Shown here: positions 25,447 to 37,263 of the stretch, piece after piece
Position numbering within the stretch: the first letter of the stretch is position 1
Layout of the letters: each line of letters begins with the position of its first letter
NCBI GenBank assembly: GCA_046563655.1
Contig: CM102286.1
Span: 7,316,001 to 7,380,000 of the forward strand
Source of the DNA: Yuukianura sp. NJ FZ-2021
Lineage: Eukaryota
Direction: 5' to 3'
Length of the DNA: 64,000 bases
Notes under the pieces: model-generated
The model's input: only the letters and a program-made list of their open reading frames with translations
Told to the model about the DNA's origin: nothing
The model's database searches: none
Translations under genes and position numbers: made by a program

Positions 25447-28262
25447 TTTTTTTCCAATTTTTTTTTTTTTTTTTTTTTTTTTTACAGTGGGAAAACTTTT
25501 TATTTCTGAACCTTAATTTAAAAACACTTGGATGAAACTTAAATACTAGAGATAAAATATTTCCAATAATTCTCTTCCGGAAGGAAGCGTTCCTAAGATT
25601 GAGGCACAGTTGCCACGTTGCATTTCAAGGCTAATTCTCTGGAAAAGGAATGACGTGGCTTTCTGTTCCCCAGTGTAGTCAGCAATCCGTTGGCCAATAG
25701 ACTTCAGTATCTTCAAACCTTCGTCTCCAATGACCCCGGATGATTCGATTGCGATGATTGATACGATGAAACGATCTTCAAGTTCTGCGTAGACGTTATG
25801 TTTGTGTGTTTCGGCGAGAGCAGCGGCATGTCCGCAGACGTTTGAACATGAGTGGACATAGGATGATGCAAACGTATCCCGACATGTAAAATCCCACGCT
25901 AAGGAACGACCAGACTTCCAAGGAATTAATGTGATGCCATCTGGTCGTTTTCCGTCAGATCTCGAACAACCGGGCGGTTCCTTGATGCTTGGAATTCCTG
26001 CTGAGCGAAGCGCTCGAAAGATTAAGTCGTTGACAGAGTTATGTCTGGAGTGGCGTCCAGCGCTTTTTAAACAGCTTAGGCCGTGAAGTCCGTCGCTAGA
26101 AACTTGAGCTCCGCAAACACATTTGTGTGAAAGGCAGATATCTGAGCCGAGGCGTAGAGCACATGAGATTCTGAAGCATTCGTTATTTAGCAGGGTGCCA
26201 AGTTGAGGAGAAGGAATCGCGTTCAGCCAGTCACCGGCATGTGGAGAAGCGACAGCAAGAAGGCGAGCTTTGTCAGTAAATGTTGAGCCCTTATGAAGCA
26301 GTTCGTTGTAGGTATTTTTACTGATTTCAAATTCCCATTGTTTTTGTAGTTTGGGATTTTCTGGGAGTGGGAAGCCTTTCTCCATCCATTGTGTTGTAGC
26401 CAGATCATAATTGACATCGAAAGGTGACAGACCGCTTGGCAGGAAGAGGTTGACGAGATCAGAACAGCAGTGGATTGAGGCCAAAAACGAAACAGTAGCA
26501 CAATCAACAGCATGACGGATTCCCAGACCTCCTTCGGAGACAGCAAGAGAAGATTGACGCCAAGAGGATTCAGATAAGTTGATGTTCGTGATGTTCACTA
26601 GTACTTGACGAAGACAATTGTCATAGGTTGTCAAAAGGTCGTTTTCCAGGAAAGACGGGAAGCAACGTAGGAAGTAGATCAGCCTCGGGGTAGAAATAGA
26701 TGCTCTTAGGAGGAATAGAGCGGCGTGGGCAGGTAGTAAAGAGAGCCTTGCAGAGAGGCGACTGAAATCTTCTGTTTTCTTTTTGATTATACGACGACAG
26801 GAAGCAGTGTTTAGAGGTGCACCGAGGAGTTCTGCGTTTTCTTCATCAGGGACCCCAATGTCGTCAGCAAACGCGCGAAAAGAATTCACAATTGAGCCAC
26901 TTTCAGATGGACTTGCGTTGAGGACAATAATTTCGCATTTCTTGAAGTTTAGATGTAGGCCAAAAGTAGCAGCATCTTTGTCAATTCGCTTCAGTTCGGA
27001 TAGCACGACCTCAGGAGAGTCTCCAATAGTAGCATCATCAAGGTACCAAACATTAAATTCCGTCTTGATAGAAGTAGCCATAGGATGGACTGTCAGGGCA
27101 AAGAGGGCTGGACCAAGGGGATCCCCCTGTTGCACACCTAGGCTGGACTTGATTCTGCAGGATCCGTAGAACAAGTCGGAATCAGTTGAGTAGGCTTGAG
27201 ATACAAAATTGTAGAAGTCAGGGAAGGTATGTTTTACTGATTGCAGCATTTTGTCTCTTCTAATTAGATTAAATGCGTTCCGGAAGTCCATCTTGAGCAG
27301 CACCTTGGGGGATGAATGAGGAGTATTCGTGTAGATTCTAGCAGCATGGGCAACTGCTTCTGCTCCGTTCTTCACACCGACGCCAACTTGTGTCGGACTC
27401 AGGTATGGTGTTAGATTCTTCATCATTTCGGACAGTACGAGTTTCGAGACTAGGCGTCGCCAAACCAAACCAATGGCTATCGGACGAATGCCTCCAGTTT
27501 TCTTCTCAATGGCGACGAGCGAGGCTCCAAAGAAGAGTGGACGGATTTGATCAGGAAGAGAACCATTGACAACGAGATTGGCTAACTTCGTAATTGAAGA
27601 TATGAGATTGATGCCTGCATCTCCCGTTGATTTTGCGATTAGCTCTTTGAGAATTTGTGGTCGCAAGGAATCTATTCCTCCTGAAGAACCGTTCCGGAAT
27701 GACAGGATTGACTTTGTTATTTGTTCATCTTCAAAATGGATTTCGTATGGCTGAATTTGATCATGATCAGGAAGTTGACTTGGTTCGGGGTGTTTTGGAT
27801 GTAGAAACTGTAGGGCGTCACGCGTGGCAGTATCTTCGGTTGCCAAAGAGTCATCGCAGCAGAGTAGACGAACAGCTCCGTGGATGTCGCCATCAGCAAG
27901 CTTGGAGAGAATCCGGGAGGACAATTTAAAGTCTGAAGGTTTTCTCTGAATGGAGCGAGAAGCGGAATTGGAGTTTGGAAATGAGTGCTGGTTCAAAGGC
28001 AGAGATGAAGGGAAGTTAGAAATCTTGTACTTCACCCACGTTGTTAGATTGGAAACATTGTCAGACTTCTTAGGTGAAGACAGAATGAAGAAAGGAAATA
28101 ATAATAGTCTTGACCAGGACTCCTTGGAATTACACGAGACGACATCATTGATCAACTTGGAAAGGCATTCAGCCGTTGAACGTCTGGCTCCCTTCGGAAC
28201 ATGTTTGAGAGTGGGAACTGATGTTTTCAGATTGGCGAGCAGTAGACCGAGGTCGTGGTTTT
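25447..28262 (-). mobile_element. Non-LTR retrotransposon, CRE-like (RT + restriction-like endonuclease), 5'-truncated
   Basis: Poly(A) tail (T26 at 25458-25483 on + strand, then TTGG and a further short A run), AATAAA at 25499-25504 (minus), exact 13-bp direct repeat GGTCAAATCATTT at 25434-25446 and 28263-28275. Confidence 0.93.
25546..28262 (-). CDS. Retrotransposon ORF: reverse transcriptase + zinc-knuckle-like motif + PD-(D/E)xK restriction-like endonuclease, N-terminus missing
   Basis: Frame is open from the 5' junction (...HDLGLLLANLKTSVPTLKHVPKGARR...) to the stop at 25546; GGIRPIAIG, DFRNAFN, QQGDPLGP, WYLDD, CVCG...HGLSC, RHN, KRPDG..., AWDFTC motifs. No ATG at the 5' end. Confidence 0.92.
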
Positions 28263-28685
28263 GGTCAAATCATTTGTTTACATTTTTAAAGTATACAGAA
28301 CGCATGTGACGCAGTAATTGTGGTGACCACGGTCAATGTCAAACACACTATGGATTTATCAGTTGTATTTTATTGCAAATCGTTTTACCGTTGACTTTAA
28401 CGTTGTGGACTTATGAATGCCCTGACCTCGTTGTAACAGAAGCGTTAGAAGGTAACTCGTGGGGATTTCCATGGCAAAGGTAACGGGAACACTGAAAATT
28501 AAATGTTTATTTATTTCAATCTCAAGTTGTGCTTGTGATTCTCAACTTGATTCTCTGTGCTGTTTGCTAAAGGTAGGTGCTGGATGCAAACCAAACTGAT
28601 TAGAGGTCAAGGACAATCCTCCGTTGGGCAACAGCTCGAGAACCTGTTAACTGTATAGCCTCAAACGAAAATAATCGAGGACGAG

Positions 28686-29969
28686 ATGTGGAGTAAATTA
28701 TTTCCGCGTGTACTCCAATGGAATCAGCAATTCGCCGTCACCTCTTTACTGTCGGTAAGATGACTTTCCAGTTACACTGGACAAGTATACGCAAATTCTT
28801 CCTTGCTGCAACGTCGTTACATAGTGTATTTTGGACTTTTCAGTCTCTTCGTTCTCGTGGCGCTAGTCTTCCTGTTGCTAGAAGTAATACCGCCGGTCAT
28901 CGTGTCCGTCCACAAGTATTCCTTATTCCTGTGCCAGTACTTGCTTTTGGCCTAGCAGTGGCAAAGTGTGATTCGGACTCGGATTCCAGCAATCGCAAAT
29001 GTGGCAAACGCTTACCAGAATGTGCTCCGAAATGTACAAAGAGTGACCTTGAGAAGATGAAGAACCCAAAACCAAGTTGTGCTCAGGCAGCCGCTAGGCC
29101 ACCTAATCTTTGCTCAAAATGCGCTAGCATTGACGTGGATTTGACAGCACAGGTACCCAGAAACTACTTCCGACTAGGTTTTGGCTCGATTCGAATCCTT
29201 GTAAGTTGGTACTCCATGTTTTCATAATTCTCAGTCAAATGAGAACGCGCCAGCACCAGAAGAATTGACACATTGCTTCATGCTCAAGCAAGCGGCTGGA
29301 CTAACGGTTGACGCAGTTACCCGTCTTTTGACGCAAACCGTTGTTGCTTTGGATGACTACCATCAGCAGTATCGGTGAGGTTTTCAAATTCCGAAGGGAA
29401 GTACACAAAAAGTATTCAGCTTCAAATTAACACATGATTCATATTATAGGGAAATGATGGGAATGTTATTAACCCTCCTGGAAGAAGGTCGTGCTGCATC
29501 TCCACTGAATTCGGAGTTAATAAATTGCAAAATGATCGTTCTCAGAAGTCAAATGGAAGACGTCCGCAAGAATCTTAACGTACGTCCTTATAAATTATAG
29601 AAACGGCAAGTTTCAAAACTGGGAACTCTGTTAAAGAGCATGTGCATGTATTTTAATAACGATTTCTTCCCTAGGAGATTGAAATGTTTCTCTCGAGTGT
29701 CGAAACCTTGGCAAATCAGGCAGCTCAAACAGCTTACTTGGCACGAGCAGAATACCCCAGCATTGCATTGTCTGAGAGACTTCAGTCCGCTTTGATTCAG
29801 GTGATTCCTTCATTATATTAACTTAGAAATCATCCGATAGGAATTGGCTGATGAACATGAATTCTATTCAAAGGTGGGTACTATCAAGGCCCAAACGAAG
29901 GAACTGGAGAACGATTTGATTCAACTTCAAGCCGTGGTAATCGTTGAATCTGGAAAGTCTTTAAAATAA
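28686..29969 (+). CDS. DIABLO: Smac/DIABLO-like mitochondrial protein
   Basis: Exons 28686-28754, 28844-29152, 29235-29374, 29450-29579, 29675-29800, 29874-29969, all GT-AG and in phase. Presequence-like N-terminus (MWSKLFPRVLQWNQQFAVTSLLSSLRSRG..., no acidic residues) then a hydrophobic stretch. LTHCFMLKQAAGLTVDAVTRLLTQTVVAL and AAQTAYLARAEYPSIALSERLQSALIQV align by eye to vertebrate SMAC ([57 protein letters not shown]). Confidence 0.8.
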
Positions 29970-30003
29970 TTACAAAACAAGCAAAACCAAGTCTCCACTG
30001 AAG

Positions 30004-30010
30004 TATAAAA
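30004..30010 (+). promoter_or_regulatory. Candidate TATA box of the small orphan gene
   Basis: TATAAAA about 115 nt upstream of the ATG at 30121. Confidence 0.45.
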
Positions 30011-30120
30011 GCAAGAAGAGAAGACACGTTTTCACTAACTCACTCGCTCAAACGAACACCGCTCACCCCAACTCGCAAATCAATTCTTGCCTTAAGTTTA
30101 ATCAGAATCAAACGTAGACG

Positions 30121-30591
30121 ATGGGAATCGTGTAAGTTAGAAAAGATTTTTGAATATTTTTATACACGAGGAGGACAATATAACCTCCTTCCAAATTTCT
30201 CGTCCTCAATTTTTACCAGAATAAAAAAAAATATTTATAATCCAAGCGATTTGTTTGTTGTGTTAGCTTGACACGACTTTCTCCAGAAGTGCTAAACAGA
30301 GCTGGAAGTAAAGTACAAGTATATTTATGGGACTGCCACTCTAGTGACCTCCCCTACAGCAATTCAATCATTAAGTTTGAGCTTTCGGGTATAAGGGAGG
30401 GGTCAATCTCATTCTCAATGACCTGGAATGCATCAAAGACGCAGTACACCTTAGAGCCGCAAGCACAACTACTGCTAAACTCTGCTGGAATGAAAGAAGA
30501 TGATGCTGTTCGGATTTATTCAGTGACTGACAGGGGGTCAAATGTCGCCTACTTTGAAATTTCGAAGGAATTCCGATTCCTGAAGAAATGA
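30121..30591 (+). CDS. Small uncharacterised protein, about 111 aa (MGIVLTRLSPEVLNRAGSKVQVYLWD...)
   Basis: ATG GGA ATC GT/gtaagt (30121-30131) splices in phase to ttag/C TTG (30267-30591), supplying a true start for the 107-aa ORF; upstream TATA. Confidence 0.65.
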
Positions 30592-30902
30592 TCTAACTTT
30601 TGAAAGTGGAGTAACAAAAACAAAAATTTTGAAATTTAGATTTGGAAATTATGTACCTAACACGAGGACGTTAATTTCAGGAAAGAAAAGAACTATTGTG
30701 TGCCAGTTGTGCACACATATGGATGTATTTCACTGTGTGGAATTTGAGAGTAAGTGACGATATGGGAATGATACCTGGAAGTACGTCTAATGACAGTAAT
30801 TACTTAACTAATTTCAATTTTAAGTTGTCCAGTACAGCTGGAGAGTCATGTCCTAACTTTCAGTTTTCAATATAGTTTTGTTTGAACAACTATTCTTTCG
30901 AA

Positions 30903-33900
30903 ATGGGTAAGAAGTTGAAAATTTCGGAAGCCGCTGTGACATACGGATCCACCGCTGGAGAATCCAGCTCCGGGGGTTTAAAACTTAAAAAAGAAATTGG
31001 TCTTCTGGAAGGAGTAGCCATCATCTGCGGAATGGTCATCGGAAGTGGTAAATACCAAATTTTGATATTTTTCTGAGAATTTTTTGAGAAACAATTTTGT
31101 TTTCAGGAATCTTCCTAACACCGAAGGGCGTCTTGGAGCAAGCTCGAAGTGTTGGACTAACGTTGTTGATTTGGGTACTTACTGGATTCATGTCCATGAT
31201 TGGAGCATTGTGCTATGCAGAACTAGGTACAAAAACATGTTTTAAAATCTAAGAAAAATGGAATTTTTAGAATCCAATTCTTAAAACGTGAAATGAAAAT
31301 TCCAGGCACAACTCTCCCACAGTCTGGAGGCGACTATGAATATATCAAAGGTAAAATAATATAATTTTAAAAAAATATATTTGAAATAATATTATAACTT
31401 TGAATTGATTGCAATTAAAGAGGCGTTTGGTCCACCATTGGCGTTCCTGTACTTGTGGGATGCTCTCGTAGTTTTTGTGTAAGAATTCACATTTGAAAAC
31501 ACTTTATAAGCCTGGCATTAACCTAACTTTTTGTTAAACTAACATTAGGCCAGTGTCCAATGCCATCCAAGGACTCGTTTTTAGCAAGTATGTGATCCAG
31601 CCTTTCTTTGAACTTGGGTTTGAAGTTCCGGATGGAGCAGTTAGGCTAATGGCTGCCACTACCATCATCTTCCTAACGTTTCTCAACTGTGTCAATGTCC
31701 GCTGGACAGCGAAACTCAACAACTTGTTTCTGGTTGGGAAAGTGGTGGGGCTACTCACAGTGATTCTGGTGGGTTGCACTTACCTGGTCCAAGGTCACAC
31801 ACACAACTTCAGCCATCCCTGGGTCAACAGCCAAACTGATCCAGGATCCATCGCTGTCGGTTTCTACTCAGGCGTCTTCGCCTACGCTGGATACAACCAA
31901 CTCAATTTCATGACAGAGGAGCTCAAGGATCCTAATAAGTAAAATCACAATATTTTCTAAACTTCTTTTCCAAAAGCATTTTTTTTTTTGCAGAAATCTT
32001 CCTCGGGCCATTTTCATATCTCTGCCACTAGTGACCATCGTCTATGTTCTGGCGAACGTTGGGTACTTGGCAGCGTTGCCAAAAGAGGAAATGCTAATGA
32101 GTGATGCCATTGGAGTCGTAAGCATTTTAAGGCATAATCTAATTAGGCTAACTTAATTTGCTGTTTTTTGGTACTTGCGTATTAGTCGTTCGGTAACAAA
32201 ATGTTGGGTGCCTTTGCTTGGATAATGCCAGTGTTTGTAGCCATGAGCACTTTCGGATGCTTGTCAGTTCACATCATGACCTCTTCCAGGTACTTGACCT
32301 TTGGGCAAACTCAGTTGAAACTCATGCAGTTGAAAAAATGTTTTCTAACAAGCTTGTTTTAGACTCCTGTTCGTGGGTGCTCGTAATAGACACTTCCCGC
32401 AAGTACTTTCACTCATCTCAGTTGACCGCTACACGCCAACACCAGCTCTTGCTTTTTTGGTAAGATTGACCTTTGACTTAAGTTGACCATTCACTTTTGA
32501 ATTAGTAACTGAATTTGATACTTTTCAGTGCCTTCTTAGCCTCATGTACCTCTCTACATCAGACATTTTTCAATTAGTTGAGTATGCGTCTTTTGTAGAA
32601 AGTTCATTCATCTTCATTGCTATAAGTGGACTACTGTGGATGCGATACACGCGCCCAGATTTGAATCGACCAATCAAGGTAAAGTTCCAAACAAGAACCA
32701 CCCTGTAAATGTAGTAGGGGTGAAATCTACCCCCTTGGATAGATTACGAGTGGAGTTCACACATTACGTGATCTCCCATGACGATGAAAGGCAAACTAAG
32801 TCCTTTTTTTTATTCCCAACGAAATTCATTGCTGCTTGCTATCATTTAAATACATCATTTAAACCATTTACAATATTCTGCAAAAAAAAAAAATTTTTTT
32901 TTTTTGGTGGGAAAGGTTGCCCCTTTGCTTTTTTCTGCACTTTACCGTTTTTTGACTTTTCGAGAATGATTGGAAGGGCCCCCTTCCCTTCCATCAACAA
33001 ATTTTTTTTTCACTTTTTGTCCCAAACGCGCTTAAATCTTATTTTCACAGAATGAAAAAAATATTTTTTTTTTCGCTTTTAACTTTTATCGACACTTTAA
33101 AACATTTCCAATCGTTTTCTGCAAAAAAAAAATTTGATGGCAAGGGTACCCCTTCCCCCTAATATTAATAGCAGTGTTCACACGTTTTAAATTTAAAACA
33201 CGATTTAAAACGTTTTATGTCGTTGCTAGTTGGGCCGGAGAAAATAGAAGCACGCAAATGGCGCTGGGCCGGTTTTTCTATGCAAATCTGAAACCATCCT
33301 TTCTTATGCTTCTTAAGGACGTGTGATATGCGTCTAATAAACAATAATCGTTAAATTTAGTAACCACGATAACCGAGTTTTTGAAGTTAGTAAAAGATGC
33401 AGACATCGACAAAAAGAAACACCCTCGTGAGTGGTGAAAAAGGATCAGTGCAAAGATGATCAAAAAAAGTATGCACTTTCAAACAAACAAAATACTGACT
33501 CAAAGTTCGGTTGCCGTCGTCTGGGTTTTGTCAACAATTTTTCTGAGGCTGCGACTTTGAAATTGAAAAATGATCTGGGACAGCGTAGGAATGTCGCACA
33601 ATGACCCACAATATATCAAACTTTAGGAAAAGACTTGATCTAGTTTCTCGCTGAAAAAAAATTACAAAATTTTAGTTGTAACTGTAAAAAAAATGGACCC
33701 AAACATTCCACCTCCATATTTACATAGATGGAACTAAAACTTTGTAATTTTTTTTAGCGAGAAACTAGATCAAGTCTTTTCCTAAAGTTTGATATATTGT
33801 GGGTCATTGTACGACCTTTCTACGATGTCCGAGATCATTTTTCATTTCATGTGTTACAGCGGCATTTTGACCCCCAGTTTCCAGGGTGTCCGCACACCTT

Positions 33901-34243
33901 AATTATTTATTTTTCTTTCAAATAATCATTCGTCATGCAATTCTTTTTACATTTACTTATAAGTCTCGATGTTTTTTTAAAAATTAGTTTTTAACTACTT
34001 TAGGTTCCATTGGCAATTCCCCTTGTGTTTCTTGTTCTCTGTGGATTCCTGGTAGTAATGCCTGTCTACGTGCGACCTTATGAAGTGGGCATGGGGGTCC
34101 TTATTACTCTAACGGGAGTGCCAGTCTACTTCCTCTGCATTTGGTGGAAACAAAAACCAAAAGCATGGAACCGAATTTCGGATGAAGTAACAATACTTGT
34201 CCAAAAATTATTTGTAAGTGCCTATCAAGATCACCAGGACTAA
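30903..34243 (+). CDS. gb: SLC7 / LAT-family amino acid transporter light chain, genderblind-like
   Basis: Exons 30903-31047, 31107-31226, 31306-31350, 31421-31478, 31549-31938, 31994-32117, 32186-32289, 32363-32459, 32529-32678, 34004-34243. [65 protein letters not shown] and SVHIMTSSR recall Drosophila genderblind. The family is secure, the orthology less so. Confidence 0.88.
33564..33844. repeat. Long inverted repeat (about 113-bp arms) inside the only long SLC7 intron, probably part of a non-autonomous DNA transposon
   Basis: 33564-33677 is the near-perfect reverse complement of 33732-33844 (core ACAATGACCCACAATATATCAAACTTTAGGAAAAGACTTGATCTAGTTTCTCGCT). Confidence 0.85.
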
Positions 34244-36153
34244 GAAGGACCGTTTAACAACTAACCTACTAATGAAAAACGTCAGAAAACTGCGTCTAAA
34301 GTACCATAATTGCTGTACCTGTTACAAATATTGTGATTCACTAGCTCCACCAACATTTTCCCATGCATAAAGTATTGAACGAACGAAAAATTCAACCTAT
34401 TTTTAATAATACATATAATAAAATGGATAACCATGCTTACAACGTTGTACTTTCATTTGACAACATTTCAGAAGAATTGGAATTGGTATCATTACTTGTG
34501 CAGTTGAAAATGAAAGGCTGACATGACAGCATGCACGTCGCAAGGAAAAAATGCATTCATACACTGCAGCCCAGAAGAAATACAAATAGATTTCGAGAGA
34601 ATTCGAACAAAGACGAAATAGAAACAGGGGGAGGGGGTGACCATCGTGGGGGGTTTAAGCTTAAACAACCTACAGCGTAGCCCATTGCCGCAGCAACACC
34701 TAGACCGGTAATTAACGAGGCTTGACTTTGCCGAGCTTCTAAGAAATCAATTTACGATAAGTACTGGTCATTGTGTTTACTCATTTGTCGACATAATTTC
34801 AAGAAATTTTTCCACTTTTGCGACGTTTCACTAAATATGTGGCTGGTTTACTGATGTAGTTCTACGAAAATAACTTCGTAGCAAGGAGCGGAGGAGTACA
34901 AGTGACGATTTTTCGAGATCGCGACGAATTGTGGGGATTTTGGGTGGTAGGGTCGGGGAATAGAACCTTCAGGAACAAACAGTCACGGACAGGCGGGCAC
35001 CAGAACGTCAAAATACGAACGAATGTTACGATTTCACACTTCAAGACTTAATGTTTTCAAACGTTTTAAATTGATTTATGGTTGGATTCTACTACTACTC
35101 GAAGTTTCGTCTACTTTATTGTGTATTATAGCCATTTCAAATATGTTAACATTTTTCTTTTCCAAAAACTCCAACCTACTTTCAATTTATACCTAGTTAT
35201 AATTTCCAATACAACCATTTGTGATCTCGCAAAACTTTGTTACGCGGCTAAAATAATGTTTTTACAGTTAAAAATATTTCCGAAGTGAAAACAAATTAAG
35301 ACATTTTTAGGCTTTCCCAAACGCAACACGTTCAGTGCAACGTTTTATTTTGGGTAAACAGCAATTCAAACAATTGCTGCCCAATTGATACTGAGGAAAG
35401 TTGTCGTAATTCAAAAAATTTTAACGCTGCTACGCCGATATTCTTCTGTTTGAATTTATTTTTAAGGAGTAAAGGTAAAAAATAAGTTCCGTTTTCATGG
35501 CAACAAATTCCTGCTTGTTTGTCATAGACTGTTTAGTTTGTCCTCTATTCGTTCCTTTGTTCCAAAAAATTGGCCTCCTGCCTTCCCCTCCGCTATCGTT
35601 TTATTGCGTTTCAACTTCATCTCTCGCTCACTTACTCCCAGAGGCTAGAGGAGGGCGGATGTAGCACTTCATCTGTCGTTTTGTAAATCTACTTAAATAG
35701 TTTTCGCAATTTCCACTTTGAGAGTGTCTTCAAGAAACTACTTATCACTCAGATTGCAAAACTACCGAAGGAGTGACGGAAAGTGTGACAGTCTTCTTCC
35801 TAACTCCCATCTTGAGGTCATTTATCTTGAGTTTCAACAAAATATTCATTATAAGGTAAGCTAAGAACATTTTTATTCATAGGATGTAGTTTCTAAAATG
35901 GGTGCTGAGGCGCTGAGAGTGCGCTGAACAGAGAGTTAGTTTAGGGTGAACGGAACGCGAAGTTGGGGGTAGCCATTAGCGATTTCCTGTTCCTTAATGA
36001 GTTTAAGCCCAGACACATAGGTAGGAATACATACTTTTACCCCCGGATTCGAAAATTAATGTAACAGATGCTTCGAAGTATGAACTTGAGATTTCTTTTA
36101 CAGTTACTATGGCCTAAACCATTCTAAAAAGATCCTAAATGGCCTCTTAGAAC

Positions 36154-36543
36154 CAGTGTTCCGTAAAAAGCGCTTTTTTAAAGTCGATGCTTTGCTTTTT
36201 GCTGTAAATAGCTTTTTTTGCTGTTTTTGCTTTCTTTGCTTTAAAAGCAAAAAGTTGCTGTAAATGCCGCTGGAAGGAATGTGGCCAAAATCGACTAACG
36301 TGAAACTGACGTATTATACGTCAAAATCACCTTATTCTTGTTATATAACGTAACTAAAGTTAGTTTATGACCGTTTTACCTTAGAAAACGAAGAATTTGT
36401 CTTAAAAAAGTTAATTAATTGGTCTTTCAAAAACAGCAAGTTTAAAAAAAAGCAAGTGTGAAAATCGCTGCTTGCTGCTTTTGCTTTTAAAGCAAAAAAA
36501 GCAAGCAAAAAAAGCATCTGCTTTAAAGCACCTCGGAACACTG
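36154..36543. mobile_element. hAT-type MITE (390 bp)
   Basis: TIR CAGTGTTCCG / CGGAACACTG, 8-bp TSD CTTAGAAC (36146-36153, 36544-36551), GCTTTT subterminal motifs on the left mirrored by AAAAGC on the right. Confidence 0.9.
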
Positions 36544-37263
36544 CTTAGAACGTATCGTAACGAAATAAGGAAGCTTAAAGTGTTGTACTCGGGGGGAAAA
36601 GTGCCAATTTAATTTGCTGGGAGTTTTGCTAATCCTAACCGTTGTTTACAATAGAGGATGTAAGCAGGGTGGAAAAATTTGTCATCTTTTAGCAGGAATT
36701 TTTCGAAAATGGCTAACTGACGTACTGTGTTAGGGTGGGTGACTCCGCTCTGACTCATTTCTTTATGTGAAAACGTCGTGAGATTGCAAGCGCTGTAACC
36801 GTCCGCCATGACCAATACAGCTTTGTACCATGTCGTGAGAGAATTGACGTAAGAGGAGTGAGAGGCAATGACGCCACAAAGTGGCAAATGATGGCCATCC
36901 TGAGAGTGATACTAGGTGGAGATAGTTTCTTTGTTTGCGAATAGTACACTTCATGTAGACATCGTGAATGTTCATTTTTAGCAATTTTTATCAAAATTAA
37001 TATGTTAGAATTAAAAATGGCAGGAAAATCAACTTTACGGCATTATTAATAGCTACATTGTAACATATAATTATTAATGCCTTGTATTGTTTTCTTTTCA
37101 GGTAAACCATTTCTTACTTTACGTCAAGAGGCATACCAGTTGGTTGTGGTGGGTATCGATTGGGTACGTAGGGTATACTGCTCATTTCATTCAGTTAGCT
37201 ACCCTTTCATAATAAATCGCACGTAACGTATCGTGCTTGACACAACGGAGCAACCACACGAAA

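Noticed and set aside
28718..29227. 169-aa ORF as a stand-alone gene
   Set aside because: It reads through two introns of the DIABLO-like gene; the spliced model from ATG 28686 explains it better.
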